Source: an uncultured Dehalococcoides sp. (GTDB lineage Bacteria > Chloroflexota > Dehalococcoidia > UBA2979). Taken from it: DNA of 64,000 bases. Position numbers and translations under genes: made by a program. Positions 35,910-45,509 of the stretch are shown here, piece after piece. The notes beneath the pieces were generated by a model. It did no database searches and was not told where the DNA came from. It worked only from the letters and a program-made list of their open reading frames with translations. Within the stretch, counting starts at the first letter, position 1, and every line of letters starts with the position of its first letter. The DNA is taken from NCBI GenBank assembly GCA_964628985.1, contig CAZVNJ010000009.1, positions 66 through 64,065 on the forward strand, written 5' to 3'.

Positions 35910-36605
35910 ATGGCTCAGTCCACCCCCGTTACCCGTCGGCACCGTCGAGGCACGCGCTGGGCCGCCGGAAGCGCGGTCCTGGTGCTCGCCTCCGTCACTG
36001 GCTTCGTGATGGCCGGCACGGGCATGGAGGCCGGGCCCATCTCCTCGGCCCAGCGCCAGGCTGCTGAGGGGGCGGCCGCCCGGATCGTCGCCGGCGGTGG
36101 CACCCGACCACAGGCCCAGGGCTGGCGGCCGGCATCTGTCGCCGAGTCCAACCCGATCGAGTTCGCAAAGGGCGGGAAGGTCCTGACCACCGCCTTCGCC
36201 AACCGTGTCGTCATCCGATCGGTCGGCATCGACGTGCAGGTGCAGCCCGTCGGCCTCGTCTTCACGCAGGGCAAACTGCAGTACGACGTCCCCTATGTGG
36301 AGGCCGGCCAGTACGTGGGCACCGCCCAGCCGGGCCGGCCGGGGAACGCCGTCATCGGCGGGCACGTGTCGAGGCGCGGCGCACCGGGTGTATTCGCGGC
36401 CCTGCCGAAAGTCGTCGCCGGGGATGTGGTGGAGGTCTTCAGGGGCGAACAAGTCTTCCGATACTCCGTAACAGAGATTCGCGTCGTCGCATCGGATGCG
36501 ACGAGCGTGATGAGTCAAACGCAGGATGCGACCTTGACGCTCATCACCTGCTTCCCAGACGACGGCCTGCGTGAGCGGCTCGTCGTGGTCGGGAAGTTGA
36601 TGTAG
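35910..36605 (+). CDS. Sortase within the flagellar operon
   Basis: N-terminal TM, PGRPGNAVIGGH, TLTLITC, RLVVVG. Confidence 0.85.
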   Translation: MAQSTPVTRRHRRGTRWAAGSAVLVLASVTGFVMAGTGMEAGPISSAQRQAAEGAAARIVAGGGTRPQAQGWRPASVAESNPIEFAKGGKVLTTAFANRVVIRSVGIDVQVQPVGLVFTQGKLQYDVPYVEAGQYVGTAQPGRPGNAVIGGHVSRRGAPGVFAALPKVVAGDVVEVFRGEQVFRYSVTEIRVVASDATSVMSQTQDATLTLITCFPDDGLRERLVVVGKLM

Positions 36606-36675
36606 CGCGGCCCTCGTGCCGCCCGGCCATCTGGTTGGGAGTACGATGGGCCAACGGTCGAAGGAGCATCCTGCG

Positions 36676-36939
36676 TTGGAAATTTCCGAGTCATCCGCGG
36701 CGCGTGTGCGCCGTACCGCTGACCCCCCTGCCGCCTCGCGGCGTCAGCCCTCGACGACCGCCGATGCCGCGGCGACGGACAGCATCGAGGTTTCACCCGA
36801 GGCTCGCGCCCTGGCCGGCGTGGACGATCTCACCCGCGCCCGCCGGGTCCAGCAGTTGCGCGCGCAGGTGGATGCCGGCACCTACACGGTGGACCCCACC
36901 GAGGTGGCACGTCGCATGGCGGAGCGCGGTGAGGCGTAG
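36676..36939 (+). CDS. flgM: Anti-sigma28 factor FlgM
   Basis: DSIEVSPEAR and RVQQLRAQVDAGTYTVDPTEVARRM. TTG start follows an AAGGAG SD. Confidence 0.85.
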   Translation: MEISESSAARVRRTADPPAASRRQPSTTADAAATDSIEVSPEARALAGVDDLTRARRVQQLRAQVDAGTYTVDPTEVARRMAERGEA

Positions 36940-37007
36940 CCGTCCTGCAGAGTCGCCAGACCGCCGCCCGGGTCGCGTCCCCTAAGGCCCCCGCGGAGAC
37001 GAGACGC

Positions 37008-37047
37008 GGGGATTTCCCCATACGGAGCCCGCGAGTCCGTCCGTACG
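37008..37047 (+). promoter_or_regulatory. Conserved upstream motif plus degenerate promoter (fliF operon)
   Basis: GGGGATTTCCCCA-TACG-N15-TCCGTACG; nearly the same upstream string as the SLT promoter. Confidence 0.5.
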
Positions 37048-37075
37048 CTCGACCGCGAGGTCAAGGAGTGTGCGC

Positions 37076-38683
37076 GTGGGCTCGACGACGGCTCGTCTGC
37101 TGGACATCTGGAGCGGCCTCTCGCCAGCGCGAAAGGGCATGCTGACCGCCACCGCATTGAGCCTCGGTGCCATCCTGTTCTTCGTCTACTCGTGGTCCGG
37201 CCGCACCGAGATGGTCACCCTCTACTCCGGCCTCGACCCCGCCGACAGCGGACGGATCGTCGAGCAACTGCGCGCGCAGGGCGTCGCCTATGAGGTCGAC
37301 GCGAGCGGTGCGACCGTGCGCGTCGATGCGGCCAGCGTGGACGACATGCGTGTCAACTTCGCCGCGCAGGGGCTTCCGCAGGGCGGGAGTGTCGGCTTCG
37401 AGATCTTCCAGAACAACCAGTTCACCGCCACCGACTTCGTGCAGCGCCTGAACTTCCAGCGTGGCCTGCAGGGCGAACTCGCGCGGACCATCGAGTCCTT
37501 CCCGGCCGTCGAGCACGCGCGGGTGCACCTCGTACTACCGGAGAAGTCGCTCTTCGCGAAGGACCAGCAGCCGGCCACCGCCTCCGTAGTCCTTGCCCTC
37601 CGACCTGGGCGTCGCCTGCAGCCCAACGAGGTGAGCGGCATCGCCCACCTCGTCTCCGGCGCTGTGCAGGGGCTTGCGAAGGACCGCATCACGATCCTCG
37701 ACCAGAGCGGCGCGATGATCTTCGACGGTGCGATGCAGAAGGAGGACGGCTTTGGCATGACCGCCTCCCAACTTGGGCTTCAGCAGCAGTACGAGCAGTC
37801 GCTGGTGGAGAGCGCGCAGGGGATGCTGGACCGGGCGCTTGGCCCGGCGAAGGCGACCGTCTCAGTCCGCGCCGCGATGAACTTCGACCGCGGTGAGGTG
37901 GAGAAGGAGACGTTCAGCGCGCCGCAGAGCGGGACCGCGCGCTCCAGCAGCACCGTGACGGAGACCTACACCACAGCCGCTGGGCTGGACACAGCCGGAC
38001 AGATCCCAGGTGCACTCGCCAACGTCCCTGCAGCGAACGGCAACCTCCCCGCGCTCGCCACGCCCGCGGCCGGCTCCGGCAATGGGACGAACTATCAGCG
38101 GCAGGAGCAGACCTCAAACTTCGAACTCGACCGCACGAAGACGAAGTCGGTCACCGCGCCAGGGAAGCTCGAGCGGCTCACTGTCTCGCTGATCCTCGAC
38201 GAGTCAGTTGAGCAGGCCCAGGTGGACGCACTGAAGGCTAACGTCGCCGCGGCCGTCGGGCTGGACGAGAAGCGAGGCGACACGATCGCCGTGTCCCGGG
38301 TGAAGTTCGACCGCTCGGCCATCCAGGAGGCCCAGGCGGCCTTTGAGTCGGACGCCACCCAGCAGCGCCTGATGGGCTATGCCCGCCTGCTGTTGCCCGT
38401 CCTGGTGCTCGGCCTCGGGTTCGTCTTCTTCCGGATGCTCATGAAGTCGATCGGCCGCCGCAGTGGCGCCCGCTTCAGCGCCTACGACGCCTCGGTCCCG
38501 ATGCTGCCAGGCGGCGGAGGTTCCATGCAGCTCGCGCAGGCGCAGGCCGCCATCCGCGCGCTCCCGCAGGCGCCGGACCCCGAGATCCGTAAGAGCGACC
38601 TCGAGCTCTCGGTCGAGCGGCTCGCCTCGTCGAACCCGGACAGCGTGATCGAAGTCGTCCAGTCATGGCTGCGCGAGGACTAA
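37076..38683 (+). CDS. fliF: Flagellar MS-ring protein
   Basis: GFEIF, RGLQGELARTI, ARVHLVLP, SASVVL; two TMs. Confidence 0.95.
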   Translation: MGSTTARLLDIWSGLSPARKGMLTATALSLGAILFFVYSWSGRTEMVTLYSGLDPADSGRIVEQLRAQGVAYEVDASGATVRVDAASVDDMRVNFAAQGLPQGGSVGFEIFQNNQFTATDFVQRLNFQRGLQGELARTIESFPAVEHARVHLVLPEKSLFAKDQQPATASVVLALRPGRRLQPNEVSGIAHLVSGAVQGLAKDRITILDQSGAMIFDGAMQKEDGFGMTASQLGLQQQYEQSLVESAQGMLDRALGPAKATVSVRAAMNFDRGEVEKETFSAPQSGTARSSSTVTETYTTAAGLDTAGQIPGALANVPAANGNLPALATPAAGSGNGTNYQRQEQTSNFELDRTKTKSVTAPGKLERLTVSLILDESVEQAQVDALKANVAAAVGLDEKRGDTIAVSRVKFDRSAIQEAQAAFESDATQQRLMGYARLLLPVLVLGLGFVFFRMLMKSIGRRSGARFSAYDASVPMLPGGGGSMQLAQAQAAIRALPQAPDPEIRKSDLELSVERLASSNPDSVIEVVQSWLRED

Positions 38684-38714
38684 CGCGACCAGGGCCCTCG
38701 CGGCCACGGAGACA

Positions 38715-39764
38715 TTGATGGTGACATCGCCGCCCGTCGAGACTCGCAAGAACGCGTTCGCGGACGCGCGCGGCCGCCGTCGGGCCGCGGCGCTCCTCAT
38801 CGCCCTCGGGCCGGAGACGGCTGCCCAGGTGATGCGCGAACTCCCTGACGAAGACATCGGGCGGCTCACCTGGGAGATTGTCGGCATTGGCCAGCTGTCT
38901 TCGCAGGAGCGCGAAGACATCCTCGCCAACTTCTACGAGACCGCGATCGGTCGTGACTTCGTCTCAGTGGGTGGTCTGGAGTACGCGCAGGAAATGCTCA
39001 CCCGCGCGATCGGCAAGGACCGCGCGGACGAGATCACCTCGCGGCTCGGTAAGCATGCAGGACCTCAGCCCTTTGCCTTCCTGCAGCAAGTGGACATCAA
39101 AGACCTTGTCAACTTCCTGCGCGGCGAGCACCCGCAGATGGTCGCCCTCATCCTCGCCTACCTCCACGTGGACAAGGCCTCCGAAGTGCTTTCCAACCTG
39201 CCCGAAGACCTCCAGACCGAAGTCTCCGTGCGCATCGCGATGATGGAGCGCACCAGTCCAGACGTGATCGAAGAGGTGGAGGCGGTGATCCGCACTCGCC
39301 TCGGCTCCGTCTTCTCGCCGCGCGCTGAGATGCAGATGGCGGGCGGGATCGACGCTGTCGTCGAACTCCTGCGCAAGGTGGACCTTGCGACGGAGCGCGT
39401 GATCCTCGAGGGTCTGGAGCGCACCGACCCCGAGACAGCCAACGAGGTGCGCAAGCGGATGTTCATCTTCGAGAACATCACCCTCCTCGACAACCGCTCG
39501 ATCCAGCGCGTACTCCGCGAGGTCGACTCCAAGGACCTCGGCCTCGCCCTCAAGGGGGCGACCGCCGAGGTGCGCCAGCGAGTCATCTCCAACATGTCCG
39601 AGCGTGCCTCCAAGATGCTCGAGGACGACATCGCCGCCCTTGGCCCCGTCCGCCTCGCTCAGGTGGAGGAGGCCCAGGGCCGCATCGTCGCGGTGATCCG
39701 CCGCCTCGAAGAGGCCGAGGAGATCTTCGTGATGCGCGGTGGAGAGGACGACATGCTTGTCTGA
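38715..39764 (+). CDS. fliG: Flagellar motor switch protein
   Basis: AAALLIALG, EHPQMVALIL, MFIFE, LGLALKG, LGPVRL..VEEAQ. Confidence 0.96.
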   Translation: MMVTSPPVETRKNAFADARGRRRAAALLIALGPETAAQVMRELPDEDIGRLTWEIVGIGQLSSQEREDILANFYETAIGRDFVSVGGLEYAQEMLTRAIGKDRADEITSRLGKHAGPQPFAFLQQVDIKDLVNFLRGEHPQMVALILAYLHVDKASEVLSNLPEDLQTEVSVRIAMMERTSPDVIEEVEAVIRTRLGSVFSPRAEMQMAGGIDAVVELLRKVDLATERVILEGLERTDPETANEVRKRMFIFENITLLDNRSIQRVLREVDSKDLGLALKGATAEVRQRVISNMSERASKMLEDDIAALGPVRLAQVEEAQGRIVAVIRRLEEAEEIFVMRGGEDDMLV

Positions 39765-40488
39765 CCTCGCCGCCACCAGCCGGTTCTTCCTCCGCCGTCC
39801 CCGCCGAGCACCCGAGGTCACCCTGGGGTCGGACGGCCGCCTCGCGCCCGGCGACATCCTGGCCAGGCAGGCCGGAGACCCCGAGCAGATGGGCGAGGCC
39901 GGCGACATCGTGGAGGAAGCCCGGCGTCATGCCGACGAGATCCTCCGTCGGGCGGCCGTCCAGGCGGCCGCCATCGAACGCGACGCGCGTGAATCCGGCT
40001 ACCGCCGCGGCCTCGAAGCCGGCGCTGCCGAGGCGCGGTCCGAACTGGCGCTCGCCCTCGCGCTGGTCCAGCGTGCAGCCGCCGCCTCAAAGGCAACCCA
40101 CGACGCGCTGCTTCGCGGTGCCGAGCGGGAGGCAGTGGAACTCGTGATCGACGCCGCGCGCCAGGTGATCGGCGACGCTGTCGAGCGCGACCCTGCCCTC
40201 GTCGTCTCCGTTGTCCGCCGCGCGCTTGAGCGGGCGGGGGCATTGAACGTGGTGCGCATCCGCCTGCATCCGCAGGACGTCGAGGTCGTGCAGGCGGCGC
40301 TCCGCGAGAGTCGCGGCCCCGCCGTTGCCTTCGAGGTCATCGCGGACGGCATCGTGACCGTCGGCGGCTGCATCGTGGACACCGAGGCTGGGCGCATCGA
40401 CGCCCGCCTGGACGTCCAACTCGAGCAGATTGCACAGGCCCTCTTGCAGGCAACGCCTGTCGAGACCCCCTCGGCGGTGGCCGCGTGA
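39757..40488 (+). CDS. fliH: Flagellar assembly protein FliH
   Basis: GYRRGLEAG, RIRLHPQD, GGCIVDTEAGRIDA. TTG start inferred. Confidence 0.88.
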   Translation: MSDLAATSRFFLRRPRRAPEVTLGSDGRLAPGDILARQAGDPEQMGEAGDIVEEARRHADEILRRAAVQAAAIERDARESGYRRGLEAGAAEARSELALALALVQRAAAASKATHDALLRGAEREAVELVIDAARQVIGDAVERDPALVVSVVRRALERAGALNVVRIRLHPQDVEVVQAALRESRGPAVAFEVIADGIVTVGGCIVDTEAGRIDARLDVQLEQIAQALLQATPVETPSAVAA

Positions 40489-41828
40489 GCGTCCCCACAC
40501 CGCTCCCCACGCGCATCGATCTGCGGCGCTATGCCGCGCTTGTCGAGGCCGCGACGCCGATGCGGGTCGAGGGGCGAGTGAGCGAGGTCACCGGGCTGCT
40601 CGCTGAAGTCGAAGGCATTCCCGGCCGGCTCGGCGAGATGTGCGTGATCGAGTGCGCCGGAGAGGCGGTGCAGGCAGAGATCGTGGGGTTCCGAGGCGAG
40701 CGCACGCTAGTCATGCCGCTGGGTGACCTTCGAGGTGTGCAGGCGGGGACACCGGTGGTCAGCATGGGCGGTCGCACCACGGTGCCCGTGGGCGCGGAAG
40801 TCCTCGGGCGCGTGCTAGATGGCCTCGGCCGTCCGATCGACGGCCTTGGCCCGCTGCTCGCGACGCAGCGTCCCGCGCGTGCGGGCGGCAGTCCAGACGT
40901 GCTGGCGCGGCAGACCATCGAGGCGCCCCTCACCACCGGGATCCGCGCGATCGATGGCCTGCTCACCTGCGGCCTCGGTCAGCGCATCGGCATTTTCGCC
41001 GGCTCCGGCGTCGGCAAGAGCACCGTCCTCGCGATGATCGCGCGGCACGCCTCGACGGACGTCAACGTCATCGGCCTGATCGGCGAGCGAGGCCGTGAGG
41101 TGCGCGAGTTCATCGAGCGCGACCTCGGCCCCGCGGGCCTCGCCCGCTCGGTCGTCGTGGTCTCCACCTCCGACGAACCCGCGCCCATGCGACTGAACGC
41201 GGCGTGGGTGGCCACGACAATCGCCGAGGCGTTCCGCGACACCGGGGCGCACGTGACGCTGCTCATGGACTCCGTCACCCGCTTCGCGATGGCCGGCCGC
41301 GAGATCGGCCTCGCCCTCGGCGAGCCGCCTGCGATGAAGGGCTACACCCCTTCCGTCTTCGCGCAGATGTCCCGTCTCCTGGAGCGCGCCGGCACTGGCA
41401 CGCAGGGATCGATCACCGCCTTCTATACGGTGCTGGTCGAGGGCGACGATCTCTCAGAGCCGGTAACGGACACGGTGCGCGGCACGCTGGACGGCCACAT
41501 CGTGCTCTCCCGCGCGCTGGCCGCGCAGAACCACTATCCGGCCATCGATGTCCTCGCGAGCGTCTCCCGCGTCATGCCGGCCGTCACCTCGCGTGAGCAC
41601 CGCCAGGACGCCGGCCGCCTGCGTGAACTGCTGGCGCGCTACGAGCGCTCGCGCGACCTCGTCCAGATCGGCGCCTACCAGCGCGGCACAGACGCCGCCC
41701 TCGACGAGGCGCTCGAGCAACTGCCGGCGATCGAGGCCTTCCTGCGCCAAGCGCCGGAAGAGCACGACGCGCTCACCCAGACCATCGAGCGGTTGACGGG
41801 CGCGGTCTACCCCGCGCGCTCGGCGTAG
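40485..41828 (+). CDS. fliI: Flagellar export ATPase
   Basis: GIFAGSGVGKS, IGERGREV, MDSVTRFA, GHIVLSR..A...YPAID. Confidence 0.96.
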   Translation: MSVPTPLPTRIDLRRYAALVEAATPMRVEGRVSEVTGLLAEVEGIPGRLGEMCVIECAGEAVQAEIVGFRGERTLVMPLGDLRGVQAGTPVVSMGGRTTVPVGAEVLGRVLDGLGRPIDGLGPLLATQRPARAGGSPDVLARQTIEAPLTTGIRAIDGLLTCGLGQRIGIFAGSGVGKSTVLAMIARHASTDVNVIGLIGERGREVREFIERDLGPAGLARSVVVVSTSDEPAPMRLNAAWVATTIAEAFRDTGAHVTLLMDSVTRFAMAGREIGLALGEPPAMKGYTPSVFAQMSRLLERAGTGTQGSITAFYTVLVEGDDLSEPVTDTVRGTLDGHIVLSRALAAQNHYPAIDVLASVSRVMPAVTSREHRQDAGRLRELLARYERSRDLVQIGAYQRGTDAALDEALEQLPAIEAFLRQAPEEHDALTQTIERLTGAVYPARSA

Positions 41829-41837
41829 GAGAGGGCC

Positions 41838-42278
41838 ATGGCACGCTTCCGCCTCCAGTCCCTCCTCGACTACCGCCGCCAGCTGGAGGATGAGCAGGCA
41901 CGCGCCTTTGCGGAGGTCACCGCCGAGGAGCAACGAGTGCGCGCCGCAATCGATGCACTGAACCGCCATCGAGACGAGCAGACCAGCGCCCTCGCGGCGC
42001 TGATGGCCTCCGGGACCTTCCACACCGACGGCTACACCCAGCGCGCCGGATACCTGGACGCACTCGGGCTGGCCCTCGACCAGCAAGCCACAGCCCTCGC
42101 CGAGGCGATGACGCGCGTGCAGGAGCGGCGCGCCGCCCTGCTCGCAGCCGTCACGGACCGCCGTGTACTCGAACGGCTTCGCGACCGCCAGGCCGACGAG
42201 GCCGCTGTCGCGGACGCGCGCCACGAGGCGCGTGATGTGGACGACCTGGTGATGTCTCGTCACCAGCGAGGACAGTAG
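41838..42278 (+). CDS. fliJ: Flagellar export protein FliJ
   Basis: FRLQSLLDYR, RVLERLR, coiled-coil; follows fliI. Confidence 0.88.
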   Translation: MARFRLQSLLDYRRQLEDEQARAFAEVTAEEQRVRAAIDALNRHRDEQTSALAALMASGTFHTDGYTQRAGYLDALGLALDQQATALAEAMTRVQERRAALLAAVTDRRVLERLRDRQADEAAVADARHEARDVDDLVMSRHQRGQ

Positions 42279-42291
42279 GGAGGAGGCGCAG

Positions 42292-42711
42292 ATGCTTCCC
42301 AACATTCTCGGCGGACAGGCGCTCGGCGTGGCGCGCGCGGCCCTCACCGGCCTCGCACGTCGGCAGGAGGCGATCGCATCCAACCTCGCCAACATCGATA
42401 CCCCGGGCTACACGCGCCAGGCAGTCGACTTCGAGTCCGCCCTCCGCACCCGGCTCACTCCGGGCGCCATCGAGGCGGGATCGCTCGTGCGCACGGACAG
42501 CCGCCACCTCGGACGGCCGGGCGCCCCCGGGCGTGCGGGCGGCAGCGAGGCGATGGGTCGTGACGTGATCTCGTCACGCAACGACTCGAACTCGGTGAGC
42601 GTGGACGAGGAGATGGCGCTGATGGCGGAGACGCAACTCCGCTACCAGGCCCTCACGTCCACGATCGGCACCCGCATGAGCACGCTGCGCAGCGTGATCC
42701 GCGGCCAGTAG
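42292..42711 (+). CDS. flgB: Basal-body rod protein FlgB
   Basis: IASNLANIDTPGY, NSVSVDEEM, Q.RYQAL. Confidence 0.94.
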   Translation: MLPNILGGQALGVARAALTGLARRQEAIASNLANIDTPGYTRQAVDFESALRTRLTPGAIEAGSLVRTDSRHLGRPGAPGRAGGSEAMGRDVISSRNDSNSVSVDEEMALMAETQLRYQALTSTIGTRMSTLRSVIRGQ

Positions 42712-42730
42712 CCGAGGCAGGAGGACCGTC

Positions 42731-43180
42731 ATGGGACTGATCAGCAGCATGCGCGTCTCCGCCAGCGCCCTCATGGCGCAGCGGCTCCGCATGGACATCG
42801 TCGCCAACAACGTCGCCAACATGAACTCGACGCGCGCCGCCGACGGCACGGACGGCCCCTACCGCCGACAGTCCGTCGTCTTCCGCGAGCAGCGTGCCGG
42901 TGCCTCCTTCGGAGACATCCTCGGCCGCGCCTCCGGCGCATCCGTGCCCACCGGCGTCGAGGTCTCCTCGATCCATCTGGACACCGCCGCGCCAAGGAAG
43001 GTGCACGACCCCAGCCATCCGGACGCGGACGCCGAGGGCTACGTCCTCATGCCCAACATCGACATCGTCACGGAGATGACGGACCTCGTCGGCGCCAACC
43101 GCGCCTATGAGGCGAGCGTGACCGTGCTCAACGCGACGAAGTCGCTGGCACAGGCAGCGCTGCAGATCGGCCGGCGGTAG
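42731..43180 (+). CDS. flgC: Basal-body rod protein FlgC
   Basis: NNVAN.NSTR, PYRRQ, HPDADAEGYVLMPN, RAYEAS. Confidence 0.96.
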   Translation: MGLISSMRVSASALMAQRLRMDIVANNVANMNSTRAADGTDGPYRRQSVVFREQRAGASFGDILGRASGASVPTGVEVSSIHLDTAAPRKVHDPSHPDADAEGYVLMPNIDIVTEMTDLVGANRAYEASVTVLNATKSLAQAALQIGRR

Positions 43181-43211
43181 CGCCGGCATTCGCTGACGAA
43201 GGAGGCCTCGC

Positions 43212-43520
43212 ATGGCACTCGGTGGCATCGGACCCAGTCTCCCGGGGCTCGGCCTCGGAAACACGCACGCGACGGGCGCGGGCACGGTGCGGGGCGCAGA
43301 GGCCGCGGGCGGCTCCGGCTTCTCGCAGATCCTCGCCAGCCTCAGCGGCTCCTCCGCGAACGCGGACAACGCGATCAGCCAGCTCGCCACCGGCCAGGAC
43401 AACGACCTCCACGACGTCATGCTCTCCGTCGAGAGTGAGGGTTTGGCCTTCGACCTGGCAGTACAAATCCGTAATCGTTTGGTCGATGCCTATTCAGAGA
43501 TCTTCCGGATGCAGGTCTAA
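43212..43520 (+). CDS. fliE: Hook-basal body protein FliE
   Basis: DLHDVML, VQIRNRLVDAYSEIFRMQV. Confidence 0.94.
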   Translation: MALGGIGPSLPGLGLGNTHATGAGTVRGAEAAGGSGFSQILASLSGSSANADNAISQLATGQDNDLHDVMLSVESEGLAFDLAVQIRNRLVDAYSEIFRMQV

Positions 43521-43640
43521 GCCCTCCACCGCCACGCTGTCGAGACGGCGCTTCACGCTCATGCGAGGAGGCCGAAGTCGAGGAGCGACGCACTGACCAC
43601 AGCGATCGCAGCGGGCCTGACCGGCCTGCCCGCGCCCGCG

Positions 43641-45041
43641 GTGGATGCGCCCCCCGGTCTGACGGGCCCCCCCGACGACCGAGGGTTCGCCCGGGCACTG
43701 GACCGGGCGGCGCCGCCATCAGAGGCACCACCCACCCAGGGATCACCCCCGCCGGAATCGGCGGTCGCACAGCATCCGAGCGGTGCGAGTCACGAGGCAG
43801 GGACGGCCGCCTCGACCCAGCAGCAGACGGCATCCGCCTCCATTGATGCGGCAGCCGGCGAGGACAACTCTTCACGACCGGACCGCCCCGCGGGGGTTGT
43901 CGAAGAGACACAAGACGCAGCCGTGCCGGAGCCCGGCACGCTGGAGGCGATGATGGCGGCGCTCTTCACCCGCCCCGCAGCACCCGCTCCGGACGCCGTC
44001 GAGTTCACCTCGGCCGTGTCGGGCGGCGCTGCGCTCGCTTCCACGCTGCAAGAGACTGCCCTCGCCACGGCCGGGATCGCGATGGTCGAGGACCCCTCGG
44101 GCATCGCGGCAGAGGCGCCCAGCACAGAGGCGGCTGCGGACGCGGCCACTCAGGCTGCGCAAGCATCGCCCGCGTACGCGGCGAAGGCCGCGCAGGAGGC
44201 GAGGCGCCTAGCGTCGAGCGGTGGAGCGGAGGTCGGCGTCTCGGACGCCGGTGCCACTCCGGCGTTCGAGGCAGAGACGCCCACGATCATGATGGATGCG
44301 GAGCAGGGCGGGGTGTCTCGCCGCGCCCCTGCATCCACCTCCACGGAGACGGCTTCGACGCCGCTCGGCCTGCTCGAGGGCACGAACGACGTCGAGGCCG
44401 TCGACCTCATCCCGGCTCGCGGGGCCGCCCAGCCATCGACGCGTTCCGACGCCAATGCGGCGGACGACGGGCTGGCGGCGATGCGCGCCGCGGTGAATGG
44501 GGCATCGATGGCCGCGACCCGCGAAGGCGCGGACGTGGCTGCTGCCGACGCGACGAAGGCGAACGCGCTCCCCACCGTACCCGTCACCACCCAGGTGGCG
44601 GAGACAGTGCGCGCTGCTCTGATGCGGGGCGACCACGAGATCAGGCTGGTGCTGAACCCTGGCGACCTGGGACAGATCACCGTCCGCATCGTGGAGCAGG
44701 GCGGGGCCCTGCACCTGCGCCTGGACGCCACGAAGGCCGCCACGCACGACCTGCTCGCGCGTGAACTGCCGGGCTTGCGTCAGGCCCTTGAGACGCGCGA
44801 CCTCCGTGTCGAGCGGATCCAGGTCTCGCACTCTGGTTCTCCGTCGGCGGATGGCTCGGGGACGGCATGGCAGCAGGGGTCTAGCCGGCAGGGGCAGCAG
44901 CAAGACCGCGACGGCTCGCCCGCATGGTCCCCAGTGGCCGCCCTCGATAGCGCACGCAACCACCTGGAGGGGCGCCGCGCCCCTCGCCTGATCCGTCACG
45001 AGGTCCCTCGTCACATCGGCGTGTTGGACCGCGTGGCGTAG
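43641..45041 (+). CDS. fliK: Hook-length control protein
   Basis: Low-complexity A/P/S/T N-terminal region; C-terminal IRLVLNPGDLGQITV...LPGLRQALE. Start uncertain. Confidence 0.85.
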   Translation: MDAPPGLTGPPDDRGFARALDRAAPPSEAPPTQGSPPPESAVAQHPSGASHEAGTAASTQQQTASASIDAAAGEDNSSRPDRPAGVVEETQDAAVPEPGTLEAMMAALFTRPAAPAPDAVEFTSAVSGGAALASTLQETALATAGIAMVEDPSGIAAEAPSTEAAADAATQAAQASPAYAAKAAQEARRLASSGGAEVGVSDAGATPAFEAETPTIMMDAEQGGVSRRAPASTSTETASTPLGLLEGTNDVEAVDLIPARGAAQPSTRSDANAADDGLAAMRAAVNGASMAATREGADVAAADATKANALPTVPVTTQVAETVRAALMRGDHEIRLVLNPGDLGQITVRIVEQGGALHLRLDATKAATHDLLARELPGLRQALETRDLRVERIQVSHSGSPSADGSGTAWQQGSSRQGQQQDRDGSPAWSPVAALDSARNHLEGRRAPRLIRHEVPRHIGVLDRVA

Positions 45042-45050
45042 GAGAGACGA

Positions 45051-45509
45051 ATGGGCGTTGCAGGCATCAGCAACTACGGCAACACGTTGAACGACGTGCT
45101 CGGCCAGCCCGCGCAGCGGACGAAGGGGGGAGACCTGGGGCAGCAGGACTTCCTCAAGATCATGATTGAGCAGATGAAGGGCGCCAACCCGCTCGACGAG
45201 AGCAGCGGAGACAACAACCAGTTCTTCGCGCAGTTGGTCCAGTTCCAGACGCTCGACGCCATGACCGCCATGCAAAAGGCGATCAAGGCGCTGGCCGAGG
45301 TCAGCGAGTTGAGCCAGGCCGCTTCGCTCGTGGGCAAGACGGTGAGCGCCATCGCCAAGCCGACCACGGACCCGGTCACCGGCGCGCCCTCTGCGCCGGA
45401 GGTCGTCACGGGCCGCGTCACGCAGGTCATCTTCGAGGATGGCAGCGCAGTCGCGCTGCTGGACACCGGCGTGTACGTGCCGATCGACTCCGTGAAGGCG
45501 GTCAGTTAG
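45051..45509 (+). CDS. flgD: Hook capping protein
   Basis: LGQQDFLKIMIEQM..ANPL, FFAQLVQF, ASLVGKTV. Confidence 0.9.
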   Translation: MGVAGISNYGNTLNDVLGQPAQRTKGGDLGQQDFLKIMIEQMKGANPLDESSGDNNQFFAQLVQFQTLDAMTAMQKAIKALAEVSELSQAASLVGKTVSAIAKPTTDPVTGAPSAPEVVTGRVTQVIFEDGSAVALLDTGVYVPIDSVKAVS

